DNA of 64,000 nucleotides from Lepidodermella squamata (taxonomy: Eukaryota > Animalia > Gastrotricha): NCBI GenBank assembly GCA_047495785.1, contig JBLDXI010000021.1:310001-374000 (forward strand), given 5' to 3'. Under the pieces are notes generated by a model. The model saw only the letters and a list, made by a program, of their open reading frames with translations. It was not told the origin of the DNA and ran no database searches. Below are positions 48,992 through 62,883 of the stretch, one piece after another. Both the position numbers and the translations under genes were made by a program. Every line of letters begins with the position of its first letter. Position 1 is the first letter of the stretch.

Positions 48992-51383
48992 ATGCGTCCA
49001 GACGGCACCATAGTGAGCTCGAAAATGCCCAGCAGACTCGAGCAAACCGACGCGGAGATCCAAGCCGCCGAGACGGCTGCGAACGGGCTCGTCGATCACG
49101 TGCTCATCGACGAGCTGGGTCGCATCAAGGGCCTCGACGAGAACATCGCGGGGCACCCGGAGAAGGGCGGCGTCATCCTGCCGGTCATGCCGATGCCCAT
49201 GCCCAAATCGGCCATCCGGCCAGACCACTGCTACAGCTCGTTCTCGGGCAAGGAAGTCAAGCAGGAGCCCGGCCTGCTGTGGCACGTACCCTCGGGCACC
49301 CCGACCGAGCACTACCATGTGCCGGTGACTTACCCGGTCACCGACGTCCAGTACACCCCGACCGCCTTCGAGCTGCTGCACCAGCGCATCGGCATCGGAG
49401 ACGCCCAGCACCAGGAATTACAGGCCGAGTTGGCCGATTTGGTTGCAGCGGTTCGCCCGGCTAGTGGCGAGCAATCGCCTCTGTCTTTCGAGTCGGGGGC
49501 TGAACAAAACCCTGAAGACCTTTTCCGCGATATTTTGGCCGAAAGTGCCGCTCAGTACGATGAACCGGCGCCGTTCTCGCCGTCGAAGGGGCTGTCGCTT
49601 GATGACCCCATGTCCACTTTCCTTGACCCGACTCAGGACATTTTTCGCTGGATGGAACAAGGAGCTCTGTTCGATCCTGCCTTGGATGGCGCTTCCACTT
49701 CACAAACGTCACAGGACTTCTTCGGCGCCCAGCCACAGTTTGGCGACTACTCAGGCCAACACGACCTTCCTGCCGCGGATACTGACCGCACTATTGATGA
49801 ACTGCTGTACGCTCTCGAGAGCGAGGAGAAAAGTGTGCCTTTTGCTTCTGGATTCGGTGCTGCTAGCTCGGTAAGTTAACATTATCAGCTTAATAATTAT
49901 TTCGCTAACTTGGTCGGACTATGCCGAGAATTGATTGAATCAAGTTGGAAGGCAAATTCCATAGTCTTATGTGGCAGATATAAGAGAAAAAGTGTCAACA
50001 AGGCAATTAGTCAGTTGGATGATGGACAATATTTTTTCTTCGGTAATAATTGAAAAAGTGTAGCAAATGTGGCCCCTTGATTGAAAACTCCATTTTTAGG
50101 TGTAGATTCTATTCCAAATTTTTCTCAAATGTCTCTTATACCTTGTGCCCAAACGATATTTTCTTCGATTATTTTGTAACCCTGAGTAATATTTGGTGGG
50201 GTTTACAATTCTGCCATAGTCAATGAGTGGGGTAAAAACTGCTGCTAGGGAAATTATTAAAAGTTTATAGAGTTAACAACTCCCGTTATACCACCCAGAA
50301 TATCTCAAACTTGGTGGAACCAATGAATCCACAATTTTCTGATTGGTCGGGTGGTCGGCGTATAACGTGGATTTTTTTTATCACTTTCACGCCTTTTTAT
50401 AGCATTTCGGCCGTAAAACACGACCATTTCAAATTTTTGATTTGAGATCACTACGCGCACCGAATGTTCGTTCGCGAGTTGGGGATTGACTAAAGTTAAG
50501 GATTAAGGAAAAACTAGGATAAATATTACGGATTTGGAATGCCCTGCACTAGAGACCTATCGATAGGTTAACCCAAATAAATCAGTTCGCGGATTCAACA
50601 TATTCAATTGAATTTTCTAATTATTTTAATATTTTCTGATATTCTAATAAACTGTTTCCATAGGATCCACAGAAATTTGAACCGATCTACACTGACTGCG
50701 ACCCACCGGTTACTTTGATCCCGGAACCTGCTATTGGACTGAACTTGAACGCGACTCGAAAACGCCGATCTGAACCGTCATGGTCCTCAGGCGCTTCATC
50801 CTCCTCAAAATCGTGCGCCTTCGACTACCACAACCACACGTATGACGACGGAGCCGCTGAACGTAGAGCCCAGAAAGTGGCGCGGGCTCGTTGCGGCACC
50901 TCCAGTGATGAATCATCTGCAAGCGGAGCTCTCCGCTGCAAAGATTTGCAAGACTTCGAAAGACTACGCATTCCGTTCACCTACGAGGCGGTCATCTCGG
51001 CCGAACCGAGCGCTTTCAACTCGATGGTGGGCGATCACAGACTGAATGACGAACAGAAGGCGTTGATGCGGGCGGCCCGCCGGCGGGCCAAGAACCGAAA
51101 TGCGGCGCGGCAGTGTCGCCAACGACGTGTCGACGAGGTTGAGGACCTGGCTGACGAAGTGGAGGGTCTAGAGGACGAACGGAACCGACTTGTGTCGGAG
51201 ATGGACGAAATCGACGCGGAAATCGCGGCTCAGCGAGCGGCGAATGAACGGCTACAGGCGTACATCCTCGAGGTGTACTCGCAACAGCGCCCGCCCACCC
51301 TCCGCGACGCTGAATACCGCCTGCAGGCGAACCCTCGAAATGGATCATTCACCCTGGTCGAACAACGCGGCATCAGGGCTTGA
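48992..51383 (+). CDS. Cap'n'collar (CNC) bZIP transcription factor, NFE2L/CncC family; exons <=48992-49870, 50664-51383 (true start uncertain)
   Basis: HNHTY motif; CNC domain LRIPFTYEAVI...FNSMV...LNDEQ; basic region RRRAKNRNAARQCRQRR followed by a leucine zipper; phase-0 intron 49871-50663. Confidence 0.82.
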
Positions 51384-52754
51384 AGGAAACTATTGTAAAT
51401 AATATGAGTGATAGAAAGATCTGATCGAATGATATGAGTGAGTAGAAATTTATTTTGTGGTGTTTGGACGGATCGTTGAGAAATCGACGATTATATAATA
51501 TAATAATCTGAGTAGAGTGTGGTCTAACTCATTTCCCTATCTTTTCTCAGGCCATTTTATTATCATCAGATTTCATTGTTTATTGGCGTGGGCCGTTAAA
51601 TTAACTATCGCATGTTTATAATCTTATTTATTGTTGAGTTTCAGGTGTTGTTTATGGGTCATTGAGAAATTTCACCACCACCACCACCTCTTCCGAAAAC
51701 TTGCAGCTTTTCAAAAGCGATTGATTTGACCTTTGAATGAACGAAAACACACCTAATAATAATTATTTTCTCGCTATCTATCTCTGTTATTGTTATTTAT
51801 GACGGGCTGATGAGAACGATGGTCTCGTGGGAGGTTTTACCACCGAATTATCAGAAATATCTATTCAAGACAGGTTGGTTTTCCGGCCTTCGCTCACCTC
51901 GTTCTGTTATTGGTTCTTCTGGTTGTTGTGTATAACAAATGGGAAAAATTGCTCTTGTATTACCGTATTATATATCGTAATCATGATTTTAAAAATTGAA
52001 AAAGCATTAATCAACTGTGAGCGTGATGATTTGCTTCGGTTGTGTGAGTGTTATTTGACTTGAAAAGCTGACTTGAAAAATTTCTTCGCACATTCTTGTC
52101 TTCTCTCTGGGAAACAGAAAAATTCGGTTATTTATCTGGTGATTGATAATCTAATAATATACACTATTCATTATGTGCATTCGTTTTTGCTCCATTTTCT
52201 TTGGGTAGGTGTTAGCAACACGATTATAATTATAAGATCCCGTGAAAAATTCGAAGTGTTCCACAGTTATAATATGTGCTGCTGAGCCATTGCAATGTCT
52301 TGCATGATGATGATGATTGACTGGTTTAATATATATTAACATCGTCCATACATCAACTTGCATCAGTTTGTCCGGTATATTTTTCTGATTTTTTTATTAT
52401 AATTTAATAATTACTATTCTTCTTCATTTGTGCTGTCTGTGTAAAGAAATATATCGCGACTAAAAAGCTAACAAAGCCACAACATTGGGCCTCGAGTTGT
52501 AACTGCCTCAGAATCCAAGTTAACAAACGATTACCAAAAAATATAATTAGCGGTATTGTCTCTAAAATCTACGCTTTAATGTGCATTCCTTGTAACTTGT
52601 AAGAAAAAATATTTGTGTTATTATTATTTAATGTATTGACACTTAGTTATAGTATTTATCCGATATATATTTGAAAAATCATAATAAAAAATTGAATTTA
52701 TATGTTTTTGTGTTTTTTAGTCAAATTGTTTCGTATATATATATATATATATGA

Positions 52755-55700
52755 ATGTCAGGCGGGCGAGGTTCGAGGAAGAGCCGGCAATCGCCCGAGG
52801 CGATATCACCCGGCACTTGCGCCTACGCCGAGCGGCTCTGTTCACGTCCTGTGGCCAATCCTTCGACTACGATGTGTTGGGCCCACGTGAATAGCGCGGC
52901 TACGAGTCCTCAAAAATCGCGAAAGTCAGCCGGCGCATCGCCCGCGAAAACAGTCACTAGCCCAGCCGCCTTGAAACTATCAAAACCGAATGTCAAATCC
53001 GAGTTAACAGACGCGGAACAGCTGCGGAAGTTGACCGAAAAATACGTGGCGCCTCAATTACCTCTGAAAACGGAACATGTGAAAGCCGATGAAGTAGCAG
53101 GTCGAGTGCCGAGCCGGTGTGAATATCTCGAGGCGCTTGGTGCAATCAATGTCGATGACCCAGCCGCCCAGTTCTGTTCTATGGAGGATTCGGCGTCTGA
53201 CGATGGCTCAGACGAGTTCGGCAGTACAGCCCCGCTCGGCCACGCCGGCGTTTATTTGGCCGAGGAAGTTGTCTCAGTCGCGTGTGACCGGATGAAACAA
53301 TTAAGGCGGCTCTACGTCGAAGAGTTGAAGCACATATCTGTTCAGTTGAAAGTGTCTCGGCGGCGCTATTTAACCGAAGTAGCGAGGGATCGACGGCGGC
53401 GAATCGGTGACCTTTTGACTGACTATATCGCGACAACGCCCGAGCAGCAGAGGTGTCAGCGTTTGCTAGCGGCAATGCGGCGGCATCGGCGGCGATATCC
53501 GTCTGTTGACAATGTGATACGGTGGAATTTGCGGTCGAAATTAAAGCACGGCAAGGTGGGCCACGTGCAACAAGCAGCGTCAACGTCAAGCGACGCGGCG
53601 GTGGTGGATCAAAACGCTCCTGTTAACACGACGTGCTCAGTTGTATCGTGCGATCAAAATGTACTACCTTTGACAAAGTATTGCTCAAAACGTAAGTTCA
53701 ATGCTGAAATGACTGTAAATGAAAATTTGTAAACGAATTTATAAATTTTATCAATCTCAATAGAAATTCAAGGGAAAAATCTGAAGAGAGCTTAGCGAAA
53801 GAAACTAAAGGGAAAGTTGTCAAAAACGGACGAAGGTTTAGAGCGAAACCGGACTGACTTGGGAAATGAAACGTGGAAAATTACGCACTTAACTAGCTCT
53901 CAAGTCATTTTTGGGTACGAAATTCATACATTTTCGTATTAATAATTAAAGTAGAAATCTAAATCAGGGATTATTGGCCAATTCAAAAATTTCTCTTGTC
54001 AGGCAAGGAGCCTGTATTTTTCTCCACATCTTTTATTACATTGACGTTTTCATGCGTAAACCGGACTACAAAATCGGCCCGGTTCCCTTATAGCGCAAAA
54101 CAAGCGATACACTTTTACCTATTTTAATCGACTAATTTTCGGTCGGATTTGATTCGGTCTTCGGTGTACTTACATTCGGTTTTAAGTTGGCCGCGGAGGA
54201 AATTGTTAAGGATCTAAATACGTGCACCGCCTAAATCTGAGTTTCAGCACTAAATATCAGCATTCAGAGCCTATTACTGCTGTTAAGCCAAGACGAGGCT
54301 CTCAGGCATTTTCGACCACGCGCCACGCATGCCTAGGTTTTCACCGTATTCCGTATAACCGCGATTATAGGTACATGACAGCTCAAGCCACCTTTATAGT
54401 GCTATGAGGTAGACTTACTGTTTCGATAAGTGTTTGAATTGAGATTAGGATATGATGAACTCGTGCCTTTAGGCTCGCTCGCATAGTTAAGAGAAATGCG
54501 GCATATTATGCAAATGAGCCATGATGCTGAGATTATCATCACTTTATGATATACTATTTTGATTGGGAATCGTTAACTTGCCCACTGCCGGCAACTCTGC
54601 TCCGGAACGCTACCACAGTATGGGCTGTATTTCGGTAGCAGTAAAATCGTGCTATTTGCCCACGATTAAGGTAGACTATTCAACATCCTGCCTTATTTGC
54701 ATAAACCGTCGGAACCGTCGAAATATAATTTTTATTCTATATTCATCGGAAACTCGTATTTAAGTTAATATTTAAATATTATTCCGATGGTTTAAGACAT
54801 CGTTAAATCACGAATGTGGAATGAGTCACGAGAATGTATCAATTGAACCTCAATTAAAAGTCAAGCACGACCACGGCTAGCTCGGCCACGCCCACGGCCT
54901 CGACCCCGAATGTTAGCAGTTGGATCTTCTTGTAAGATTACAGCTTGGCCGCGTCCACGGGCAGCGCTTCGAGTAATCACATGTATTGGCTCTGCTTCAA
55001 GCACAGGCTGAACCTTATGCCCACGCCCACGGCCTCGACCACCGATGATGGCAGGTGGCTCCACTTCAATCACAGGTGGAATGATGGCAGCTTGGACTCC
55101 TCCGCGACCACGCCCACGGGGTCGGCCTAGGCCCCTGCCCCACATTTTTACAACAATTTGATGTTCTTCTCTATATTCAAACATGACTTATGACCGTCGG
55201 AAAATGCCTAAATCCTTACTTCCAAACCGCTTGCGAGCATTCATTTTCACATGAAAATAACACGTTAGCCGCAGTATTACGATACCAAATGACAGTTCTA
55301 TGGCCGTAGTAATATAACTAGCTCCGTCAGCCATTATCGCCAGGGGCATGTTAAATGGCATAAATAATTTCAAACCACGAAAAATCACTTGATACGCTCG
55401 GCCATTCTCATTGCTTGAAACACCAAGAAGAATTGGGTGAAACTTTCGATTTTTGTCAGACGAGCCGCCGATAAAAATCTTGTGGCCGCCATGGATGATT
55501 TTGTGAGTAGCATCGATTTGAAAGCCGCGGGCATAGACCAATAGATGCTCGTTGTCCGGTTTACGCAACCGTGATTCGCACCATGCTCGAAGCTCGGCAG
55601 TTCCATAATTGCTGGCGCCAGATTCTGGGCGACTTGAATCTTTCGCTTGAACTGTTGCTTTAGGTTTGATACCTGTCTGATCGTTAGGCGAGGGTGATTC

Positions 55701-57404
55701 CGCTCGCGAATGAACTTCGGCCTATCGTTGATATGATCCAGCACATATTTGCGGACATCAGGCGTGATGACTGCCGTCGATGCCTCAGGCTGAACGTGTT
55801 TCCCGCCAGAGGATGGAACCGCTTGATCTGGCGACCACTTAAGAACAGCCTTGTGCGGATAGATCTTGGCGCCAGACTTGTGGAAACGGCAGACGTAGTA
55901 GCAGGTCTCCTTGTTGTTGCCGCTCTTCGTGGTGTCAATCCACAGGTCAGGATAGGTTTGCTTCACGTAATCCTTCGACTCTTGGTAAGAGATTGCGTAC
56001 CGCAATGACTCGAAGTTATCCCATTCATTCTCGACATTGGGCCAAATCGCATCTTCCCCATCCTCAACAATACCAGGGTCAGCGCTCTCCTCATCATCAA
56101 ACTCAGATTCGTCGAAATTCATCCTCATAAGCTTTTGATTCTATGTATTCATCATCGGTCTGACTGTCAGACTCGCAATTTCTCAACAAATCCATCATCG
56201 AAGATGAAACGAAAGAATTATTAAATAAGTAAGGCTAGGTTATAGCTAGCTGTTTCAAATCAGGCCACGCGTATTCCGACAGCTTAAGCTCGTGTTCCAA
56301 TGTAATAATGCAGTAAAATGACTTTTCGATAGTTTAATTTAGTTTATACACCCTTTTTATACATTTCCGACGTTTTAATTAAAAATGGTTCGCGGAAAGA
56401 AATTATTAGTTTTATGGAATGATGGGTGCCCCAGGTCGATTGGGTGATCTTCTAAGTAACTGCTTCCAGAGGCGTCGCTAGAGTGGCAAGATGACATTCC
56501 TTTCCACGAATTAAGTGGTGGCTTTATATATTTAGTGTTACAGATGTTTATTTTTTATTTTGTCTTGAATAGGATTAGTTAGAGCGGCTTTCTAGTACTG
56601 GAGTCACTATTTTAGTATGTGCAGTTGGCACACCCAATTCTTTATATATTTCGATTATAATCAATTTCCGATTATTTCAATGTTGGTATTTTCGCGAAAA
56701 CACCGAAATAAAAGACTCTTTCAGCTGACCTGTCCTGCATACCTGGAATAATATTGCTCATAAATAAATAAGATCAAACCAAAAATTAGTACGTATGTAG
56801 ATAAAAATCAAAATCATCTGATCGGCACAAAATTTATACCGATGGAAAGTACTGATCAAGGGGATCTCGAAATTAAAGAAATCTTTCATGTCGGATTTTT
56901 TCGGGTGAGTTATGGCAGTTTCAATTTTTTTCCGAGATGACATTTTTGTGGCCGCACCCAAATATATACAGTCATAGTATCTAGGAAGGGAATATAAAAT
57001 AATAATTAAATTAAAAAGCTCATTTTAATTTAAATTTTTTTTTCATTTCAGATATTATGCTCGATCGAAGGCAACTGCTATTTTCGAAATGCCCCGGTTT
57101 CTTCATCGCTCCGTGCGAGAAGCCGCCAGAAAGCGGCGATTTGCCTACAACACCTTCAAGCTTGGACGCTTCGAAGCCACTCCGCCACATCGACTGCGGT
57201 CGGTTGGTTGTTCAAAGCCCGAATCCTCCGCGAGGTCTCTCGAACTCGCCGGTCGCTTCTACTTCGATTTCAACCCGGAGTAGCGGAAATTCGCCGTCTC
57301 CGAGTGTCATGGCATCGGACACTTCTTCTTCAATGCTGTGCTCGATGCACCGGGCTCTGGTGCAAATTTCGTCGACACCTCCGGTGACTAAATCGGCAAA
57401 GTGA
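52755..57404 (+). CDS. KANSL2: KAT8 regulatory NSL complex subunit 2; exons 52755-53691, 57052-57404
   Basis: N-terminal C..RLC....C..H finger; PLGHAGVYLAEEV....LRRLYVEELK matches recalled PLKHAGVYTAEEV...LQSLYIDQFK; C-terminal LPLTKYCSKH|IMLDRRQLLFSKC joined across a 3.36-kb phase-1 intron. Confidence 0.85.
54861..56128 (-). mobile_element. Defective Mutator-like (MULE) transposase inside the KANSL2 intron
   Basis: FQIDATHK...DKNRKFHPILLGVSSNEN...IMADGASYITTA...LTCYFHV (first two catalytic Asp and CxxH of MULE). Frameshift near 55570, stop at 55188, then an RGRGR-rich ORF. TIRs not identified. Confidence 0.85.
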
Positions 57405-57627
57405 TTGATTGTGATTGATTGAAGATTTTGTTTTTGTTATTCTGACAGCCGTCCTCGCACTAGTTTTCAACAATGCATAATAATAATTTGATTTTAACGC
57501 CGAAAATAAAACTGCCAGTTCTTTTTTTGAAATTGTGTTTTGATTCGAAAAACTCCACCTTAATGAAATTTGCAGTTACCCGTGAACATGGAGAATAGAA
57601 GAGTTATCTTTGTGAAAAAATGAATTA

Positions 57628-58533
57628 CTGTAAGCCGGTACAACTTTGAACACCCAAGTCCATGCAAACTTCGATGTGATGTGTAAATTAAACAGATGCG
57701 ATTTTGGTCGGGTTTTCAACGTAGTTCGACTGGGGCCGCCCACCGTAACACCCTGATGTTTTCTCGGAAATTCGCAAGCGTAAGGATTTGGCAAGGGGTA
57801 CCCCAAAAGTACAACTTTGAGCACCAACATTTCGTGAAATAAAAAATCCACCTTTATTCGTGCGCAGAGAATTTCGCGTGAAATTTGCGATTTTCACCTC
57901 ACTGGTGTGCTTCATTCAGGAAAAAACGACGCGTGAAACGTATGATATGTAGCTTGGCACTCACCGCAGTGAAAATATGAAATAAATATATCCCAGGCGA
58001 CTTCGCAGAAGTTGTGAGCACTCATCATTAAGTTTCATTTATGCCGCTTGTTAATATTATGAAAATAAATAATGCTGCATTATCATTTAGCCAATTGTAA
58101 CAATTAGCGTACATGATTTTAGTTCATTCGATTGCTGCTGCGAGAAGCGACACTAATGCCAAGTGTGTGAGAACGTAGTGCGTGAAAATTGAAAAATAAT
58201 AAGTTATCAACATTTTTATGGTGGACTTTTTACTCGGTATTTGAGATTAATTCGTTGCCATTACGAGATAGGAAGTCGTTTTTCTGATCACTACGTTCTC
58301 TATGGAGCATAGTAGAGTTCAGTAAATGCGAACGAAGTCTATAAAAAACTTGAAACATCATACTCAAAGTCAAAATAATGAATTTCTATCGTTAGAAAAT
58401 GGCAAAATGTTAGATCTCAACGAGACCTATATTCAGTAGAATTCCCAAGCGGTAGATTCCCACGGTTTCAGAGAAAAGCTGATTTGCGTGAAATGTTCAA
58501 AGTTGTACCTGTTCAAGTTGTACTGGATTACGG
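57628..58533. mobile_element. Tc1/mariner(pogo)-type non-autonomous element
   Basis: TA|CTGTAAGCCGGTACAACTTTGAAC ... GTTCAAGTTGTACTGGATTACGG|TA; imperfect TIR with repeated gtacaactttgaac motif. Confidence 0.65.
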
Positions 58534-59167
58534 TATTGCGTTTTTTTATAAAGTGGGGGCACGTTAATTAATTGTGATAATCGAAAAACATGCTATTGCG
58601 AAATGAAGCACACAATTCAATTCTCGGACGAATTTCTGTTCCAAAAATTCCATCATTTAAGACAAAATTGATCACATGGTTGTCCAATAGCATTCACGTT
58701 ACCGTCGCAATATACAGCGTCTCTTAAAAGCACAATCGTTTTAAATAAGCACTCAAAGGATGTTACAAGGCCGGTTTTTCGGCCACGGAACACTGATACT
58801 ACTATTGTCAGAATCGTCGATGAATTGCCGACTTCGTCGCCAGTTCTCAGCGACCTTGCGCTGATGCGTGGCTTCGGTTCCAGCGAAAACCGCCTCATCT
58901 GGAAACCCAACAAAGCAAAATTCACCGAGCGCTTGATTTTACTATGCTGCTATTAGCCTTGTTTTTCTCATCCTGAAACAAACGATGGAATCGATTTCCA
59001 AGCTGAGCTTATTTTCGTTGACGATTTAGTAGCTATTAGGAACATGAAACGGGTTCGAGAGTTTTTGAAGCTAAGCCAATCAAGCATAATCGCGATATTC
59101 TTGAAAAAATAGGGAACAATTCATTCTGAACAAAAACGCATCCAAATTTCGAACATTTGCCCCGATT

Positions 59168-62100
59168 CTATTTCTTCCTCTTCCGTCTCTCATCTTCCTT
59201 TTTTCTATCTGTTCTTCTTCTTCTTCCATCTTCCCCCTCTTCCTTTTCTATAGACAAATTCTGGTGGTTTGAATCACTGACGAGCCAATCAGCTTTCGAC
59301 AAATTGCATTTGTTTATTTTACTCTCACTTTTGATTATTGAAATTAAATTGGGAAACAAGTTGAAAGTTCCGAAACAGTCGAAGAAAATGTCAAAAAGCT
59401 GGATTAGGCAATACTGAATGCAATTATATCGAGGATCAGTGTTTCATAGGAACCTGCTTGGCAGCGGCTATAGATTTCGTAAGAACATCCAGATTCTTTT
59501 TGAAATTAGCTACGGCTTGCTTCACGCCCTTGGTCTTGCGCAACTGGTTGCGAAATTCAGCATCGTTGATGAAGAGATTGCCCGTCAAAATGCCGGTGGC
59601 AACGCACGATATTTGGCTGGTTGACGACAGCTGGTTCTTATTGAAAAACATAGCAGCTCTTCCGCCGAAAAGCGCAGCCATTTCTGCCATAACTCGATCC
59701 ATCTCGCCGGACGCATCACATTTCATCATTTGAACAAGCTTGCTAGCCAGATCTTTGACAGTACTTGGAGGGAAGCTAAATTGAGGCTGCGCCGGGTCGG
59801 TCATCAGTTCTTTAAGAGACATCATCGGCAATCTACTGCCGACTATTGCGTCGAGTCCCAGGGCCGAATTTTCCTTAGGAAAGCTAGGCTCGCCCTCGCT
59901 ACCGAATCCAAGCATTCCTTCTTCTATATCTTCAATGATATCGCAGAGAAACTTGACGCCAATGCGGCGCAGGCCTTCTCGATTTTTCTTCAACATCATC
60001 TCGCGACCAGGTCTGTCCAAAAACCGCAACAGTCTCGCCGCGCAATCTGGCGAGTCGATTTCGTCATATTCGTCGTATTTCAGCTCGAACAAAGCGTTCC
60101 AAAACGTCATTTCTGAGTGGCCAGGTGGTCCCTGGTGAGCCAATTCACTTCCGATAAGCTTGATAAATTTTTTCGCGAAATATGTCTTCGAGGAATACAA
60201 AAGTTTCTCAATAAGCTGTAGTGCGCCTTGCAAATGCTCCTCGTTAGAAGATCCTTCAATCTGCCAACCGTATCGATAGGCGAACGCAACGTATTTCAGC
60301 AAGCCGAAGCTGAAATTATCGGCAAAAGCGGGGCATTCGACGATTTTCTGCAAACGAATTTCAGGCAAATTTACAAGACCTAGTCGTACCAAATGATCGA
60401 TTGCAAAGAATTCTCGGGCAACTTGGTCGCGGTGTTCAAGCTCTGCAGTCATCATTTTCTCGCTGAGGTAACGGAACCGCATAGCAGCTACGACTGACAC
60501 GGTACAGTGTTCGTAGGCAAATGAAATGAGTGGCTTGATTTTCCCTATAAAATCTGTGACGACAAGTAGAAAGGCATCGAGCGTAGCCTTGAACAACTTT
60601 TCAGAGGTTGCGGCCGTTTCACTTTCATAGTCATTGCTGCTTTCGAACATGGTCAAGTTCCACTCAGCAAATGTCACGCAGCAGATAAGGAGGAATAAAT
60701 CCAAAGTTTGACCGATTTCTCGCTTGCTGGTCTGCTCTGCCACGCGCTATAATTAATTAAAAAATATTAAGAAATCCGCCTTAAAAAAAGCAAAATTTTC
60801 ATCTAAAATTTAGGCCCAAGAAATACCGTCAACTTGGGTGACTTTGGGCAGTGGGGTCACTTCGACGTACCAAAATGGGGTGACTTTGGCGTACCAAAAA
60901 TCAAAGATTGTAAGGTAAATACCCCGCGAGTGGGGTACCGTTGGATAGCCCAAGGAAAGGCCAGTCTAGATGTGTACAATGCACATCAATACAACAGATC
61001 TAAGGACATTAGAAAATTTCGAAAAATTTATTCACCCCGCGTAACCCCATTTTTGGTACGTCGAAGTCACCCCACTGGGTAAAGTCACCCCAGTTGACGG
61101 TAATCCCTAAACAAGAGACTGAAGTGGTCGATTTTATATAGTTGGCAGAAGTGAGACCCAGAAATCGGAGGGGGCGGCGAAATTAACATTACTATTAAAA
61201 TTTGATAAGATGTTTGTTTTTTGTAATTTTTAATGTGAACAACAGCGCGAAGAATTTGCGACCATTTTCCTGTTTTATTTGAGATTGTGACGTTTCGACG
61301 TCATCTGACGTCATCTTCAGACATTAAAGAAATCTATTAAAATTAAATTAAGATATTTTAGAGAAGATCCGGCTCTACGCGACAGGGCCGTCAGAGTCCC
61401 AAAAAAACCCACCCGAATTTTTACTATTATTTTTTCTGTTGAAGGGTGAAATATATCACAAAAATGTATTTAGCTGTTCGAAGACACGTAGCATTTCGAA
61501 CAAGTTTCTGTCCTTCTCGAGAATCTTTGATGAACTCTGACGAACCAATAATTTTTGAAGCTATGGATAACAGTATAATCTTCGCATCTTCTATGCTTCG
61601 CAACTTCAGAAAACTACCCAGAAATTTTTAAGAGAAGAATAAGGAAGACTAAGAGTGGAAGAACAGATGGAAGAATGAAAGACGAAGAATACCTGCAAGG
61701 ATTTGCTTGACAATAAGCCGACTGCCGTTGAAGTGAGCAAGTAGCCGTAGTCGTAAATGGTCTCGCGCTGTTCTCCGTTGACATGATCGTAAAAGGCGAA
61801 AGTCACGGCCTGATTGATGTACCAAGAAAAGTCGCTGAAAGGCGGCGCAATCGGCGCTTTTGGGTCAGCTTGTAGCAAGCTCAGCATTTTCTTCACCAGG
61901 AAACGATACCACTCAGATAGTAAGTCGTTCAAAGCACCAGGTCGGCTTTCCGCGAGTTTTCGAATCATCTCCTTGGACGCGAAACAAGCGCTGAAATGCT
62001 GAATAAACGGCACATACCAGCTTTGTTGTACAAGTTGATCAACTTTAGATTTTTCGTTCAAAATCGTGAGAGATTTCAGGAACCAGGCTAGGAAATGCAT

Positions 62101-62883
62101 TTCATTAAGGTCCATCTTTCGGCAATCGAAATTTTGAAGGAACGAAGTGAGAAATTTATTATTCTTGATTCCGCCAATGTAGTCTCGCAAATGCCGCTGG
62201 ATAAAATCGTTTGATGCCTGCTTGCGATATTCCATGTGGGCAAATAAATTAGTCAGGTGAAACAACTGCTTCGGCCCGAGTAATTTACTGCTGGTGAGGC
62301 GAAGTTTCAGAATCTGATTCATCGAGTTCTCAAGATCTTTGTCGTCGAACTCCTTCGATGGTGTCACACTCTGATCCTCTCGCCATTTTCTCAAAGCTGT
62401 CTCGAAAAGATTTGGCGCTAATGCAAATTTCGATTGCGCCATTAATGGTCCGATATCGCAATAGCCGAGTTTAACGTAGGCCTCAGCTGTCAGAAGCTCG
62501 AAGTTGTCAGTTTCTTCCTCGAAATATAGCGAATGGCCGTAAAACGAAAGAGCGGCGGCTTCTTCGAATCGCTTCGCCATCATATGACATTTTGCGGCCA
62601 TATAAAGCTGATGCCGGCTGAAGTCACCAGCGATATTGCCAGCCTGGTATAAACTGTCCAGAGCTTCATCATAACGGCCGTCGAAGAAGGCTGATTCCGC
62701 GGCAGCTTCAAGTTCTCGAATCTTTTCAAAGCGAGCAGTCTTATCAGTTCCGCCTGCGAGTCGTTTGCGAACTTTCGATTGAAACATTCCAACCGACTTC
62801 CGATCTTTTAGTTGCAACAAAGCGTTGTAGACAGAAGCTGAACCAGGTTCAACTGACTCGCCGAAGATCGCAGCAAACGCCAT
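59168..62883 (-). CDS. Uncharacterised ~900-aa alpha-helical protein with N-terminal TPR-like repeats; exons 62883-61693, 60746-59454, 59398-59168
   Basis: Two long ORFs joined by a phase-0 GT-AG intron, plus a 55-nt intron to a final exon with a basic tail. TPR-like 'AESAFFDGRYDEALDSLYQA...AAKCHMMAKRFEEAA...AEAYVKLG'. Confidence 0.7.
60826..61100. mobile_element. Tc1/mariner(pogo)-type MITE in intron
   Basis: TA|CCGTCAACTTGGGTGACTTT...AAAGTCACCCCAGTTGACGG|TA, with ~60-bp imperfect inverted arms carrying ggggtgacttt repeats. Confidence 0.85.

Noticed and set aside
48944-51348. Long antisense/alternate-frame ORFs over the CNC gene (also over CK2b, GABBR1, KANSL2)
   Set aside because: Shadows of GC-rich codon usage in real genes; no independent motifs.
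58590-58960. Possible short + strand exon(s) (…RIVDELPTSSPVLSDLALMRGFG…)
   Set aside because: No consistent start or splice phase and no recognisable family.
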